DNA of 63,213 bases, the filler included, from Collodictyon triciliatum (Eukaryota), in the NCBI GenBank assembly GCA_043381765.1. It is 5 parts of 5 records of this genome, joined end to end, with 100 filler letters (N's around TTAATTAATTAA, not from the genome) between each part and the next. Parts side by side here need not be neighbours in the genome. Positions count along the whole stretch, not along the records: positions 28,990 to 42,973 come from JBHJMP010002356.1; positions 43,074 to 54,669 come from JBHJMP010002357.1; positions 54,770 to 63,213 come from JBHJMP010002370.1; 2 more parts are not named here. One strand, given 5' to 3'. The notes beneath the pieces are model-generated. The model was not told where the DNA came from and did not search any database. It saw nothing but the letters and a program-made list of their open reading frames with translations. Both the position numbers and the translations under genes were made by a program. How positions within the stretch are numbered: position 1 is the first letter of the stretch; each line of letters starts with the position of its first letter. Shown in pieces: positions 37,401 to 55,545 of this stretch.

Positions 37401-40400
37401 TATAAACTTCGGAAATATCTAAATATAATGCAAATATGTTTGATTTATTAAATTCCATGTATTCAACAATTATTGTACGTAAAATCTTAATAATGGTTAA
37501 TCGTATAAGTATGCAATTGGAAAACCTTCTGAGCTCAAAACTTCGACGAGAAAATCCGGGATAGCAATAGGAGAAAGTATGCAATTAAGCTTCAAAACAT
37601 CTAAAATGTGCATTCGGGCCTCCATGTTGCCAGTATCGTATTGCTTGCAATCATCTCTGTATATAAAGAAATCAGTGGCCTTGATATCTCCCTGGTGAGA
37701 AGAAGAGACACATGATTCGAAAGAGAAATTAAGAAGCCAAGCAAGTATCGGCCATTCTGTGCTTGCATCCTTCATTCCTTGTTCAACTATGCTTTTTAGT
37801 GCAAACAAAAATTCCCTCAGGTTTTCTCTGGTGATGTGCTTGGGGATTTCTGACAAAATAAGCTCTTGTCCTCGCGTTATCGCCCCACCAAGAATGTCAA
37901 TGAATTTGGTAGACAAAATTATATTTCGAGCTTTTTGCGCTAGGAATATCAATAAGAAAGCAAGTCTGCAATAGTCTTTTTTATCTTTTGCAAGAGATCG
38001 AATATTTGAGATTGTATGATGTTCATCAAGTTTCCTCCTACATACAAATGCCAGTGCGTGGATAATATTGACAACAGTCTGAGCAGAATTATTTTTGACA
38101 AGGAAGAGTGGGTTCCTTCCTTCATCAACAGGAGAGAGGTAGCAAGAAACAATATTCTCCAATATCATATCGAATCCTTCATCAGATGAGTACCCTACAG
38201 AATTTGAAAAGAAGCCTGATGGGACATCCCACGAGAGATCAGGATGGAATATAAACGCTGGCTTACCATCATTATATCTGCATTCGTAATTAAATTTTTT
38301 TGACTTGATAGGATGGTTTGTTATTTCGAACGTATAGGTGCACGAGTAATATTTCTCAATTAGGAAATAGTAAACACCAGGAATAAAAGATGGCATCAAT
38401 ACCTTTCTTTTTTGGTCATATTTTTTTGCTTCCCGGTAATTTCCGGATAATTCCGTAATACAATAAGCAAATATCTGATTTTGGAGAAATGCCTTCGGGA
38501 AAGGTTCTTTCACTGCTACAAAGACAACAACAGTGTTACTGGACATATTGGACTGGTATCCTAATGTAACTGAACTAACACTGGACGACTCGTATGCTTC
38601 TACATCCTCTTTAAGTTTCTGGATAAACTTCGGTGGGTCAGCGACCAAATCCATGGGAAACTGGAGCCATCTTCCGGTTGATATTATTTCGACAAGTCCT
38701 TTGAACAACGGTATGGATTTTTCTTTGTTAATTTGTCCGAAATCGACTATGGGGCTTTGATATCTGGTATTGTACTGGTGGATTGGAGTTGCCTTTCTGA
38801 AACTCACCCCGCTGTGGAATATAAACCTGCTACTCTTGGGGTGATGTGCATAGTGAAAGGGTGATTGCGATTGACGATTTTCACCTTCCCAATTCAAAGA
38901 GAACCTATATTTCATGCTTTCAGCTTTTGGAAAAACACAGTAGAACAAACCTTTTTCGAGCTTGATAAGCGTGCATTTTTTTTCGGTCTTTTCGTTCATG
39001 GTGATTAGATTGATTGAAAATCCCGGGAGAGGTCTTCCTTCACAGTTTTCTTCAATGGCAAGAAAAATGAACAAGGGGTCTTCTCTCAGGCCATACTCTT
39101 TTTCCATATTGAATCCGACAGACTCTTCATCATTTGGCTCAGAGAAAGTATTTGTTTCATCAACTTGAGCAGATGTTTGTTCTGGGGAAGTGATAGAAGA
39201 CGATTCAACAGCCACCCATTCCGATGAAATCGATGACAAATTTTCTTGACGTGATTGCAAGTCATCAGTACCACGTAATATGTGACTATTTTCTTCATCC
39301 TTAGAAGATACTGCTGGTGCAATATGGAATATAGTTTGCTTTGCGGGTGGGGATGATTGAAGAACGTCATGTGTGATTTTTGGTGCTGATTGCGGGCTGA
39401 TTGGTGGTAATTCCACAGGATTTGATTCGGGAATAGAGTCATCTCTTTCTTCTTGATTCCTGTCTGCAGTAGAGTTGGGAGACGGGGTTTTTACTTCATC
39501 AAGATTTGCTGCTGGAGAGTTGCTTGGTGGGACATGTCCTGCTTTTGGGATTCCTTCGATCTTCTCCACCATATTCGGGATATCTGAGAATAAATCCTGC
39601 ACTTCCTTTTCCGTCAAGCTCTTCAAATCACCTTTATGGTAGTAGCCTCTGTATATCAGTATGATGGACTGTTCAACAGGAACACCCGCTTCCTTCCATT
39701 CACACACCATTTCGGACAGATTACAGAGCAAAGTTCGTGGTGCATCATAATGCAGTATTCCGTGAAAGGACGATATATGCGCGCGCACAACATCTAGTAG
39801 GCTCAAGTCTTTGAGTCCGTAAGAATTTAGATCACTTAACAGACCTTGTAAACCAAAAACCTGCAAGCCTGTGTTCAGGCTAGGGACTACATTAGGAATA
39901 AATGATTTAAAAGCTGAAGCCTTAAATGGAACTTCCATCTCCAAACGGGTTTGCACCAAGTAGCCATCTCCAATAGAATATTTCAACAACTTTGATTCAA
40001 CTTCTTCCTTATCCGTAGAGGATGGCCCGATTCCCATGTGAACGAATATGTGTGATATCCTCTTTAATTGAAGAGATCGGTCTCTCCACGGGTTGAACCC
40101 TTTTGCCTGAAAATGGAACATTTTTCTAACTTGAGGACTTAAAGACAATTCTAAACACAGCTCATCAAGTTCATGTGAATTGCAAATTGAAAGGACAAAA
40201 GGAGAACTGAATCCCTTTCTAGATAATGCCAAGACTTTCTCAGAATCCAGAAATGGAAAGAAATCGCTCCAATCAGGTTCCTTTTATTATTGATTTTTTA
40301 TTATAAGAATTTCAAGAAAATTATAGACTATACTCAATTAAAAACTTGAAAATGAAATGATTTCTATTCAAAAGGAATGTTTACCTGATAATCACCATCT

Positions 40401-42401
40401 GTCCCGTATTTCGTCAATGGGTTGCCGAAGTCGGTGTTAAGATGTGGAAAGAGTTTCCCAATTGTGGTTTGTCTAATCATTTTCAAAGGGTCGATATTGG
40501 GATATCCTCTGTAAATCAATTCCGGACTCGAAGGTAGCAAGTTTAAATAGCTCCAATAGTTTAAGGAGGCTATTACAGCATTCAAACGTTCAACTTCACA
40601 GCGTCTTAATTGGTCTCTGATGACAACATGGTGAATATTATGGGCTAATGTAACCAAATTGGTGATATCTCCATCAATTGGCGAAGAATTCATGTTGAGC
40701 TTTTGAATACCAAACTTCCTCAGTATATCTATCCCATCGATTTCAAACGGAATTGCATGGACTATGAGAGCCTTTTCATCAAATGGCATACCCATGAAAG
40801 AGTATAATTGAATGAGCTCTCCATCTTTAATAGGGATGTCAGTTGGCATACTACTCAACATGAAAGCAAGTTTATCAGGGGATATACCATGTCTAATAAA
40901 ATGCGGTATCAAATGCCTCAATGGTAAAGGAAGAGGGGTCCACACTTTAATTAGCTCGTATTCACGATTAAGCTGTTGTTGGGTCAGCCCTATTGAGTAT
41001 AGATAAGTGCCAAGCTCCAGTAATTCTTCCGGAATAAGATCGATGAGATGATGAGGTTCGTACACGCCATAGCTAGAGAGGGATGGAAATGATTCGGCTC
41101 GAAGAAGGGAGTATCTCACCTAAGTTGCAATAAATTTGAAGGTGGGCGTTATTTGGTTAGTATGCAAGGTTATCTTTTTCTTCTTGATAAATTTATTCAT
41201 AGCGTGACATCAAAGTTACCATGAAGATGTTCTTAAATATAAATCAATTTAATTACTGTGGCGCTTGGTGGCGTGATGAAGGGATTGGGTCCAGGAGGAT
41301 TGGGTCCAGGAGTCACTATAGATTGAGATATCAGTATTTGAGACATAGCACCAACTTCATCTGCATCCATCGTGGGGAAGAACTTAGAGATTCTCTCCAA
41401 AGGCAATGCAGGGAGGTCTTTTGGATGAAAGTATCCACGTGACATCAACATGCGGATGCAAGAGTTAATTCCGCTAGTTGACCAAGCCTTGGCAGAGTCG
41501 GACAAAATCATCAGTTTCTTGATTGAGCCAGCAGAACAGTTTACAGCTCGGAGACGATCCAAATGTGATTCGTTAATCGAAACTAAGCTAGCGATGCTAT
41601 GGAAATCGAGTTCACTGATTTTTTGACACAAGTATATCCCACAGAATGATTTCATAAAGACGTGATCGGATTCAAATACGGAGTGATTCATTGTTTTGGT
41701 TTCGAGGACATCTAGGCTGATATTTGCGTTGTCTGCTTTTGCTAATGCGTGTGTGAGTCCGTCACTGAATGGTAGCCCCGGGGCAGCGCCCGTCACACGG
41801 CCTGTCACGTCTCTCCAGCTCGCCATGCGGTACCGAGTGATTAAAAATATAGAGAGGAGAGAAGCCTGCGGAGATGGAACTCCGAAACGATGGCATTTTG
41901 CACAGAGATCAGCAATTTTGTACTTGACCGCTTCAGAGCCTTGCAACTGTCTGTGTACGAGGAGCATTTCCTCTGGAGTGAAGCGGACAAGGTCACCGGG
42001 AGTGGTGATTCCATGATAGTTGAGGATTCCAATGTCGGCGATGCTCAACTCAGGAAGCAGCTGCGCCCAACTGATATCTCCAAAGAGATACGGTGGTGGG
42101 AGCGGAGGGTTCATCCCTCGAAGGGTGGAAGGCGGGTTTGAGATCTGGTTGCTGGGTTGTTTTAAGATCGTTGGTTGAAGTTTGATGGAAGAAAACAGGT
42201 GGTTTTACACTCGGTAGTGAGGTGCTTAGTCTTGGTTTTGCGTTTTTTTTTAAAAAAATAAGGAAAAAATAAGGGAAAGGAAGGGGATACAAGGGTGAAA
42301 GGCCGAAGCCTCTTTCTTTTTTGCATGTTTTCTATAAGATCAGCAACGTGATTGTCGTGGGTGTGGCGCTGTGAGGATCGCGATGATTCTTTGTTCCCCA
42401 T
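28990..42401 (-). CDS. RNF213: RNF213/mysterin-like giant dynein-type multi-AAA+ ATPase; N-arm, stalk and AAA1-AAA5 visible, C-terminal part lost in the join
   Basis: Motifs in RNF213 order: LPNPWELLLCTYETKPEDVELFLRRS (AAA1), SAGEGKT (AAA2), YVFTPDNLAKIMSIYSRIKSGLPVLIVGETGCGKT...FLDEINT...FIAACNPYRK...LVYAVYPLPLSLAQYAWDFG...FVSLRDIER (AAA3), NIALTENLFMMVHSLSNKIPLIIVGDPGCSKS...HQCSPESTAEGI...VVLDEIGLAEQSPKNPLKVLH...SNWSLDAAKMNRA...FFGLRDFY (AAA4), CMERGDRLILVNQTQIYESLYDLFN (AAA5). Inferred start MGNKESS at 42401. Confidence 0.92.
31371..31466. repeat. (AAT)n microsatellite in an RNF213-like intron, next to gap 31003-31370
   Basis: Directly visible. Confidence 0.95.
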
Positions 42402-42731
42402 GTCTTTGTGCACATTCAGAGATCGCTTTTGATTGATTTTAAACACTAATTTGCAACCAACGGGAGTCGAGCAGTGAACATAGTCCATATGTTGACAGGG
42501 TATATGTACGGGGGTGAATTCAAGATGATGTCAATTCACCATAGTTTTGAAACCCATTAGTGGACGGAACATAAATTGTTCTACCTCGGAATAGATTTTG
42601 GAATATTGCTTTATCATATAAGTGTATTTTTGATTATATTATGAATCAGAATTCGTCTCAATAGCAAGAGTATAATTGACAACGGAGCAGCATAATAATA
42701 TCCAGATTTGAAAATGGTTTGAAGGGGAATT

Positions 42732-42973
42732 TGACCCGAGATATTTTGATTGGTTTTTTGTTGCGAAAATAGACTCGGCAGTAGGACAAACACGACGCCC
42801 ATGGGTCATGAATCAAAATATACTTTTCAACGACGACTTTGTGAATGAAACCCTCGTAACGTTGGAGAAAGCGATTGACCACACGGATAATCGTACAATA
42901 AACAGTAGGCCAGCAGCTGAAACTTGGACTATCGTCAAAGAGGCTATCATTGTTTCAGCCAAGAGACACTCCG
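42732..42973 (+). mobile_element. Probable L1/Tx1-clade non-LTR retrotransposon ORF2 fragment (end of endonuclease and tower region), running into the join
   Basis: Intronless frame ...RRPWVMNQNILFNDDFVNETL...AAETWTIVKEAIIVSAKRHS resembles the W-x-x-N-x-x-L-L-x-D-x-x-F...W-x-x-x-K pattern that follows the APE endonuclease in L1 ORF2. Its position at a contig end is typical of repeats. Short, so tentative. Confidence 0.45.
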
Positions 42974-43073
42974 NNNNNNNNNNNNNNNNNNNNNNNNNNN
43001 NNNNNNNNNNNNNNNNNTTAATTAATTAANNNNNNNNNNNNNNNNNNNNNNNNNNNNNNNNNNNNNNNNNNNN
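42974..43073. other. Artificial 100-bp scaffold join
   Basis: 44 N + TTAATTAATTAA (43018-43029) + 44 N; truncates the LRR receptor gene. Confidence 0.97.
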
Positions 43074-48913
<5,840 letters not shown>

Positions 48914-51900
48914 CGATCTGCTGTTAAATGAATTCAATAATGAGACTTGATCAAACTCTAGATTTTGTTAAATGGTCACAACTTACGTCACAGGCACTTT
49001 GAGAGACTGTCTTTTCCAATCAAAAAAACTATCACGTCGGATGTTGCCTTTATTTCCATCTGGCATGTGCATCCCTTGCCTATTGTGGCCATTATATGAT
49101 TTCTAATTTGGATATCGTGCATCTTACAAATATCATACTCACCAGATACAAGATTCAGCACAATCCACCTCGATAAGGCTCATTAGCCAATAAAGGAATG
49201 CCCACATGAATTCTTAGTAAACTGATCAATCAAATATTGTGTTAATCGTGAAAATCTCACAGATAAATAAAACTCATACTTTTTACGAAAGGGATTAGAA
49301 TTTGGGTACCTATGTGAATTTTAAATGTAACACAAATTCTGACTATTTATTTCACTTTCCATATCCACAAGTTTCATGAAAAAAAATGTGGTGCTATATT
49401 TTTCCATATGTAAAACGAACAAGAAAGTAAAAAAAAATAGACAAAATTAATTACGGTATTATAATATCTGCTAGTTAGATAATATAATATCAAATAAACT
49501 ATTTATTGATCGATCGATTTTTGTATTCGTTATTTGATAAGAATTCACAATAGACTCTTGCTTTCCATAATTTTTAATTTTAAAGATACGATGAATTTTG
49601 AAGTTTGTATTAATTATTCATATTGATATAAACTGTGGCAAACTTTTGGTTGAATTTCTTAATTTTCAAATAAAACGTATCACGTCTGTCTCTTAGATTC
49701 TTCATATATGTAATCAATATTTTCAGTGTTTAATTGTAGCATATTTTTAAACCCGCATTTTTCTTCTGAGCAATCCAATTTAATTGTGGGTCATATCCAG
49801 AATGTTTCCGATGGCCTGAAAAATTGCACCTATAAAAACTTCAAATCACTTCATCAGCTCGATATTCCCTTACTTTTATCTATAATTTAATATTTTGTGC
49901 TGCATGATAAAAGGACGAAAAAATTAACTACATATTTGAGTATTTAGGTCAACTCTAGAGTTTTCTTTCTTTTCCTATCTCTTAACGCTATTTCTGAGTA
50001 AATCAGAAATAAGATTTCATGAAGGCCAAATTATCATGGGAAAGTGAGTATGTCCCGAAAATTAATTATTCATAAAAAAATTCGTTTGTTAGACCAAGTT
50101 AAAGAATGATGCAGTGGGTATTCGTGGAATCATTTGGTGGGTTTGTAGAACAACATCTGTACCGCTGTAATAATTGTTCAACTCAATCATTTCAATCGAT
50201 TAGTACAATCAAGCTCTGTATGATATATGGTCAATCAAATAATTTTAATGATTGGAAATACTATAACCAACATGTATGTCTTCTGAGCGAAGCAAATGAT
50301 AACATCTACATGGCTTCTAAACAAGGGCATCAGAATAAAAAAATTGCTTGCTGAACCTTTAAAGCCTTAAATTAAAGTCTCGTGATGAATTTAGATACCA
50401 TATCCTTTAAGGTTGTAATAAATATGAATGGAATAAGATGCAGCTATGTACATTATTATTAAAGTCACAAATTAATTATTGAATTGAAATTTTACTAGAG
50501 TAATCGTAATGACGAACATATATGGTCCGCATTGTATCCTAAGTTGATTTGAATAGGAATTAAGAAGGCTATATGTTCTATTATCATCGACATACTCTGT
50601 AAAAACAAAATGACAGTAAATTAGTTTATGCGTATGAAAAAACAGGTAAGGATGATAATATGTTGTGGTCATTTAATTTTATTGTATTGAATTAGGAATC
50701 GTCGGCTAAGAAACTTTAGATGTGTTATAACATATCTCTATGACGATATATCAATAATTATTAGTTTTCAAAATGTGCAAACATGCATTCCAAAAGGCTA
50801 CATCATTGTGAGGCACACGCATCGTTGACAGAATTTCGCTTCTTAAAAATAGCAATTTCGAATAGCGCTATCGATGCTGCAAGTATGAGCCATATACTAT
50901 TAGATACAACACTAGTTAAAAAGAATGTGTCCATGCGCGATATTCTTCTTCATTATTGTTATTGTAATTGTTATTATTATCATGTCTGCTAAGCTTTGAA
51001 TGTGGAAAACAAAACCAGAAAAACTACCATTCCTGAGGGGTACAAGGGTAAATAGGGTATTAAAACTATCGCATGGTTTATGGGGATGAACGTAAGGAAG
51101 GTAGTCACCTATAAAGAAACACCTTTCCCAAAATAAATAAAGAAAATCGATATGTTTGCAAAATGTACAAACAGTGGGGTGGGATGGTACCAGTGCGCTG
51201 TCTGCCGTCCCACTGACCAGAGGCAGAAATGGGATGGCGGGCTCATGCAGCTCTTGTCCTTTTTTTTTTTTTTTTTACTAGGATGAGTACCCGTGCTTCG
51301 CAACAGGAATGAGAGAAGAAAAAGAAACATATAACGAGGCAAAACAATCTTTACTGAGCAATATAATCATACTTATTTTGCTACCCGTGGGTCGGGAGTT
51401 AGAGGTTGAATCCTACTAACCATTTCTCCAGGCATCTCATTTGGCCTCTTGACTTTTGCAAGACCGCTTTTTCTCTCCCTTTCTATTTTCTTTTGCCTCG
51501 CCTTGCTCCTCATTTTGCAGCCACTTTTCTTATTTTTTTAGCCAAATATTTGGAAACTTGATCGTCGCTCATGCTGACTGGACGCGATAAAATGATCATT
51601 TGCCTATCTTCTCGCTCCGTCAAATCGAACTAAATAGTTTTTTTTGTATTAATATGGCATTTGATATTCAAACTTCTTTAAACATAATTTATTATCATAG
51701 AAGCCATCAATAAAATACCTCAGTCATTTCGTATGAGGTAAAACTTATTCAATATTTTTAACCTAATTGTTTTGACCCAATCATTGAGGGGTGTTTGAAT
51801 TTACCTGATTCTTTATTTAAACATAATTTCAATGCCAAAGAATAAAATGTATTTGTATTATTCTCTGGGTTGCGATGTTGTATGGTTTCAGATCTCACTG

Positions 51901-53519
51901 TGATAGCAGGCTAGGAACGTTAGAGTCGTGCATGTCACAGAGTTGCGCTAATTGCGTGTTGCATGCTCAAACTCCGTGTGCAAAAGACTATTACTTCGCC
52001 TCTACCTCGCTCCATTACAGGATCTCGAACCGTCTTATTAGTAGGTTGTAGTACTCACGGGTCGGTGGCGGCTGGTATCCTGATCGTCGGCGCGTCTCGG
52101 TGCTAATCTGCGTCGCAGGGGATGTGGTAAAGTGTCCTTCTCGCTCGCTGGCTCGGCTGCGTCGGCCTTCTCGTTTTGTGTTCGGTCAGTAGGCGTTCCA
52201 TGGGGCAGGGCTGTGGCGCCAGTCTCCTGGTGGGCGGTCTCGTCCTTCTCAGCATCGCTCTTATCAATCACTTGCTTCCTTGCTTCCTTTTTTTTTCTGG
52301 CTTCTGAGTGAGGCGGGGGAAGAGGATGGCAAGGGGCTATTGTATCGCACTTCTTTGCTGTGTTTCTGGAAAATGGACTGTGCAGAGGCGAAAGGAAGCA
52401 ATAAAACTTAAATAAAGCGCACTTTGATGGGTATGATTGCTGATATGACTATTATGGCAAACGAAGACCACACCCAGGTTTCGATTTATGCTAATTCTGG
52501 AATCTGATGGGCGAGTGCATTCCATGATTGATGAGGGAGGAACCAAAGCGCCTCAGCACTCGCATTGCCAGAGGGTTACTGCGATTGGGCGCATTACGCA
52601 TCGTTTGTTGAATCGAAGTTTTGTGCACTGACTTGTTGGTCTACTGCTTCTTTAAGTCACTTCTGCTTTCCTGATGAAATGCCCAAATGCCTGTAGACAC
52701 AGAAGGCAGCCACCTCCGTATATCCAACATTGGATTGCTTTCGAAATGGTCAAACCAGAGACAAGCTCGAGAGCCGCTGCATTCCCTGTCGTTTTCCTCT
52801 TCATCAGTCTTTGGTGACAAATGTCAACTCAATACGAAGCGATGTGTTGTTTTCCGGTTTGACTGTCCATTTTCTTCTGTTTTTTAATGACGAATTCGAC
52901 CGAGACATGGCGACCTCGAGTTTCTCGTTGCGTCTTGTGCAAAGACTATCTTGGATATTGAGTTATACGAGAGATATCATGCATTTTCTGTTTTTGATAT
53001 TTTATATATGCTACGTGGCCTTAAACGCTGAGTGGATGAGGTGTTTTTTTTTTTTATTCTGTACATCATCAACAAAAGCAGGGTAGTAATTGATTGAAAA
53101 TGATAGCTGATTATGCAAAGGAGCCATGTGGGTGCCATGGATTATGTTTGTCACGCCCTTGTGGATAAAGTAGTTGACTTAGCATTGAATGCTGAGATGG
53201 AATCCTGTGATTGTGTTGTAAGGGATGTCCAAGTGGATTAAGTAATGCTGTTTTCACAAAACTCAATGACGCGTTACTGATTTGCGCTTCTCCGCAGCAT
53301 CGACCTCCTGGACTATTCAGCTCATCTTTTCCTGCCAAGTTGCTTTGCTTAAAACTATACAGGAGTACGTCGCATCCATGTTCATGTTTTATGCACAAAG
53401 TCTTGAAGCCTTCAAGCAAAGTTACGTTGCCCAATTTTTTAGGCGCGCTGCCATTCAACACTTTTTTGTGTCCTATTTTTTATTCACCTTTTGCTTATTA
53501 AGAGGGATTTGCAATCAAT

Positions 53520-54669
53520 ATTGTCTCGCCCGATGTAAAGCGCAAGCTGCGACCCGTCGAAGGCTTTGCAAGTTGCAGCCAGTTCTTCTGGTACCAACAC
53601 TGGCGCGGAAAACCCGAGAAACACGCAAGTCTAGGAAGACCCGTGCAAGGAAGCCGCCTGCAAGTCTGTCTGAGCGGACAGTATTTTTGCACGGGGTCGA
53701 GCAAGTCGTTTACAACAAGAACAAGGCCCGCAGACTCACATATGTGCTCGCCTCCTTCTTGAAAGCGAACAAACTTTGGGAAGAGTCCATCCAATTGCGC
53801 TTACCGGACAGCGAAGGCCTTTGACTGATCGCCTTCCGCACTGCAGAAAACGCCCGAAAGCTTCTGGAGCTGAAGCAGGTAAGTTTGAGCGATATTACGA
53901 TCATCTTTAGCAGAAGTAAACCAACAAAGACCTCGGTGATGCTCTACCAACTACCGCTGGACGTGTGGCCGCAACTCCTTCGCGAGGAGCTGAAGCCGTT
54001 CAGACCGACGCATGTGGATATCAAAAGGGACAAAGGCTTCTTCGCAGACACGGCCGTGGTGAAGCTTCTTTGCCACAAGAACCAGCTCCCTGCAAAGTTT
54101 ACGGTCATGGGTAAAAAGCGTCCAAAGCGCATCCTCACAGAGCGTTCGCCAGCCGCGAACAACGAACGACAAGTAAAAGCCCCGCAAAAGAATACACCTG
54201 CCAAGCAGACAAGCAGCAACGGGGTCAAGGAAGACAAGGTCAGACAACAACAGAGTCCGCATGACTCACAGCAGATACGCGCATACAGCGACAGCGACGA
54301 TAACACGGAGGAAATCTCGGTTCCTCTTCAGAATCCTCGCACTCGAGCCCTCCACCACCAACACCGGAAAAGCTCGCACATCGCAAGACCCAAGAGCAGC
54401 GCATCTCCAAACCCCGATAGAAATCCCCCCTTAAACTACCCATTCAGACTGACGTGAATATGGTTAACATAGGAGGCATCAGGGCAGTCTTCGTTACTTA
54501 TCCGAAAGGATACTCCAAAGCGAAGCCAACGCAAGAATCAGCGCCCACCAAAGATAGTCCGTTTATTATTCCCCAGCCCGTCGCACCGAGAACCAAGGAG
54601 CAAGAGCAAACAGCACAAGTCGAATCCAAGCTTGGAACTTCACACACCAAAGACAGTCCGAGCAAGCAG
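53520..54669 (+). mobile_element. Probable degenerate non-LTR retrotransposon ORF1-like sequence (tandem RRM-like segments plus a low-complexity tail) with an in-frame stop
   Basis: GC-rich and intronless, unlike neighbouring host genes. ORFs 53282-53824 and 53885-54457 share one frame broken by TGA at 53822-53824. RTVFLHGV...LIAFRTAENARKLL...TSVMLYQLPLDVWPQLLREELKPF resembles RRM-type ORF1. Ends at a contig join. No zinc knuckle is seen, so tentative. Confidence 0.45.
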
Positions 54670-54769
54670 NNNNNNNNNNNNNNNNNNNNNNNNNNNNNNN
54701 NNNNNNNNNNNNNTTAATTAATTAANNNNNNNNNNNNNNNNNNNNNNNNNNNNNNNNNNNNNNNNNNNN
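54670..54769. other. Artificial 100-bp scaffold join
   Basis: 44 N + TTAATTAATTAA (54714-54725) + 44 N. Confidence 0.97.
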
Positions 54770-55545
54770 AGCATGAGTCTCAGCCTTTACTTCAGCGTGG
54801 GTTTCAGCATGCGTTTCAGCATGCGTTTCAGCATGCGTTTCAGCGTGGGTCTCAGCGTGGGTTTCAGCGTGAGTTTCAGGTTGCGTTTCAGCATGAGTTT
54901 CAGCGTGAGTTCCAACCTTTTCTTCTGCATTGGTTTCGGCGTAAGTTTCAGTATGGGTTTCAGTATGAGCTTCAGCGTGGGTTTCAGCATGGGTTTCAGC
55001 GTGGGTTTCAACCTTCTCTTCAGTATGAGCTTCAACCTTCTCTTCAGCCCTTTCTTCAGTATGAGTTTCAGCGTGGGTTTCAGCGTGGGTTTCAACCTTC
55101 TCTTCAGTATGAGTTTCAGCGTGGGTTTCAGGTTGAGCTTCAGCATGAGTCTCAGCCTTTACTTCAGCGTGGGTTTCAGGTTGAGCTTCAGCGTGGGTTT
55201 CAGCGCGAGCTTCAGTATGAGTTTCAGCATGGGTTTCAGCATGGGTTTCAGCATGGGTTTCAGCATGGGTTTCAGCATGGGTTTCAGCATGGGTTTCAGC
55301 ATGGGTTTCAGCATGGGTTTCAGCATGGGTTTCAGCATGGGTTTCAGCATGGGTTTCAGCATGGGTTTCAGCATGGGTTTCAGCATGGGTTTCAACCTTC
55401 TCTTCAGCATGAGTTTCAGCATGAGTTTCAGCATGAGTTCCAGCGTGGGTTTCAGGTTGAGCTTCAGGTTGAGCTTCAGCGTGGGTTTCAGCATGAGTTT
55501 CAGCCTTTACTTCAGCGTGGGTTTCAGGTTGAGTCTCAACCTTTG
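54770..55545. repeat. Coding 12-bp minisatellite (unit GCTGAAACCCAT on the minus strand) with variant units
   Basis: Visible period-12 repeat. Perfectly homogeneous core cagcatgggttt at about 55225-55392, with more diverged units (AEEK, AEVK, AQPE) on both sides. Confidence 0.97.

Noticed and set aside
33463-42141. Plus-strand ORFs overlapping the RNF213-like exons
   Set aside because: Antisense shadows of long coding exons with no independent motifs.
51390-51420. GGTTGAATCC, resembling a tRNA T-loop/B-box
   Set aside because: It lacks the conserved C of TTCGA, and no cloverleaf or A-box could be built.
53822-53824. In-frame TGA as selenocysteine or recoding
   Set aside because: There is no redox motif or recognisable SECIS, host genes here use TGA as stop, and decay of a retroelement is the simpler explanation.
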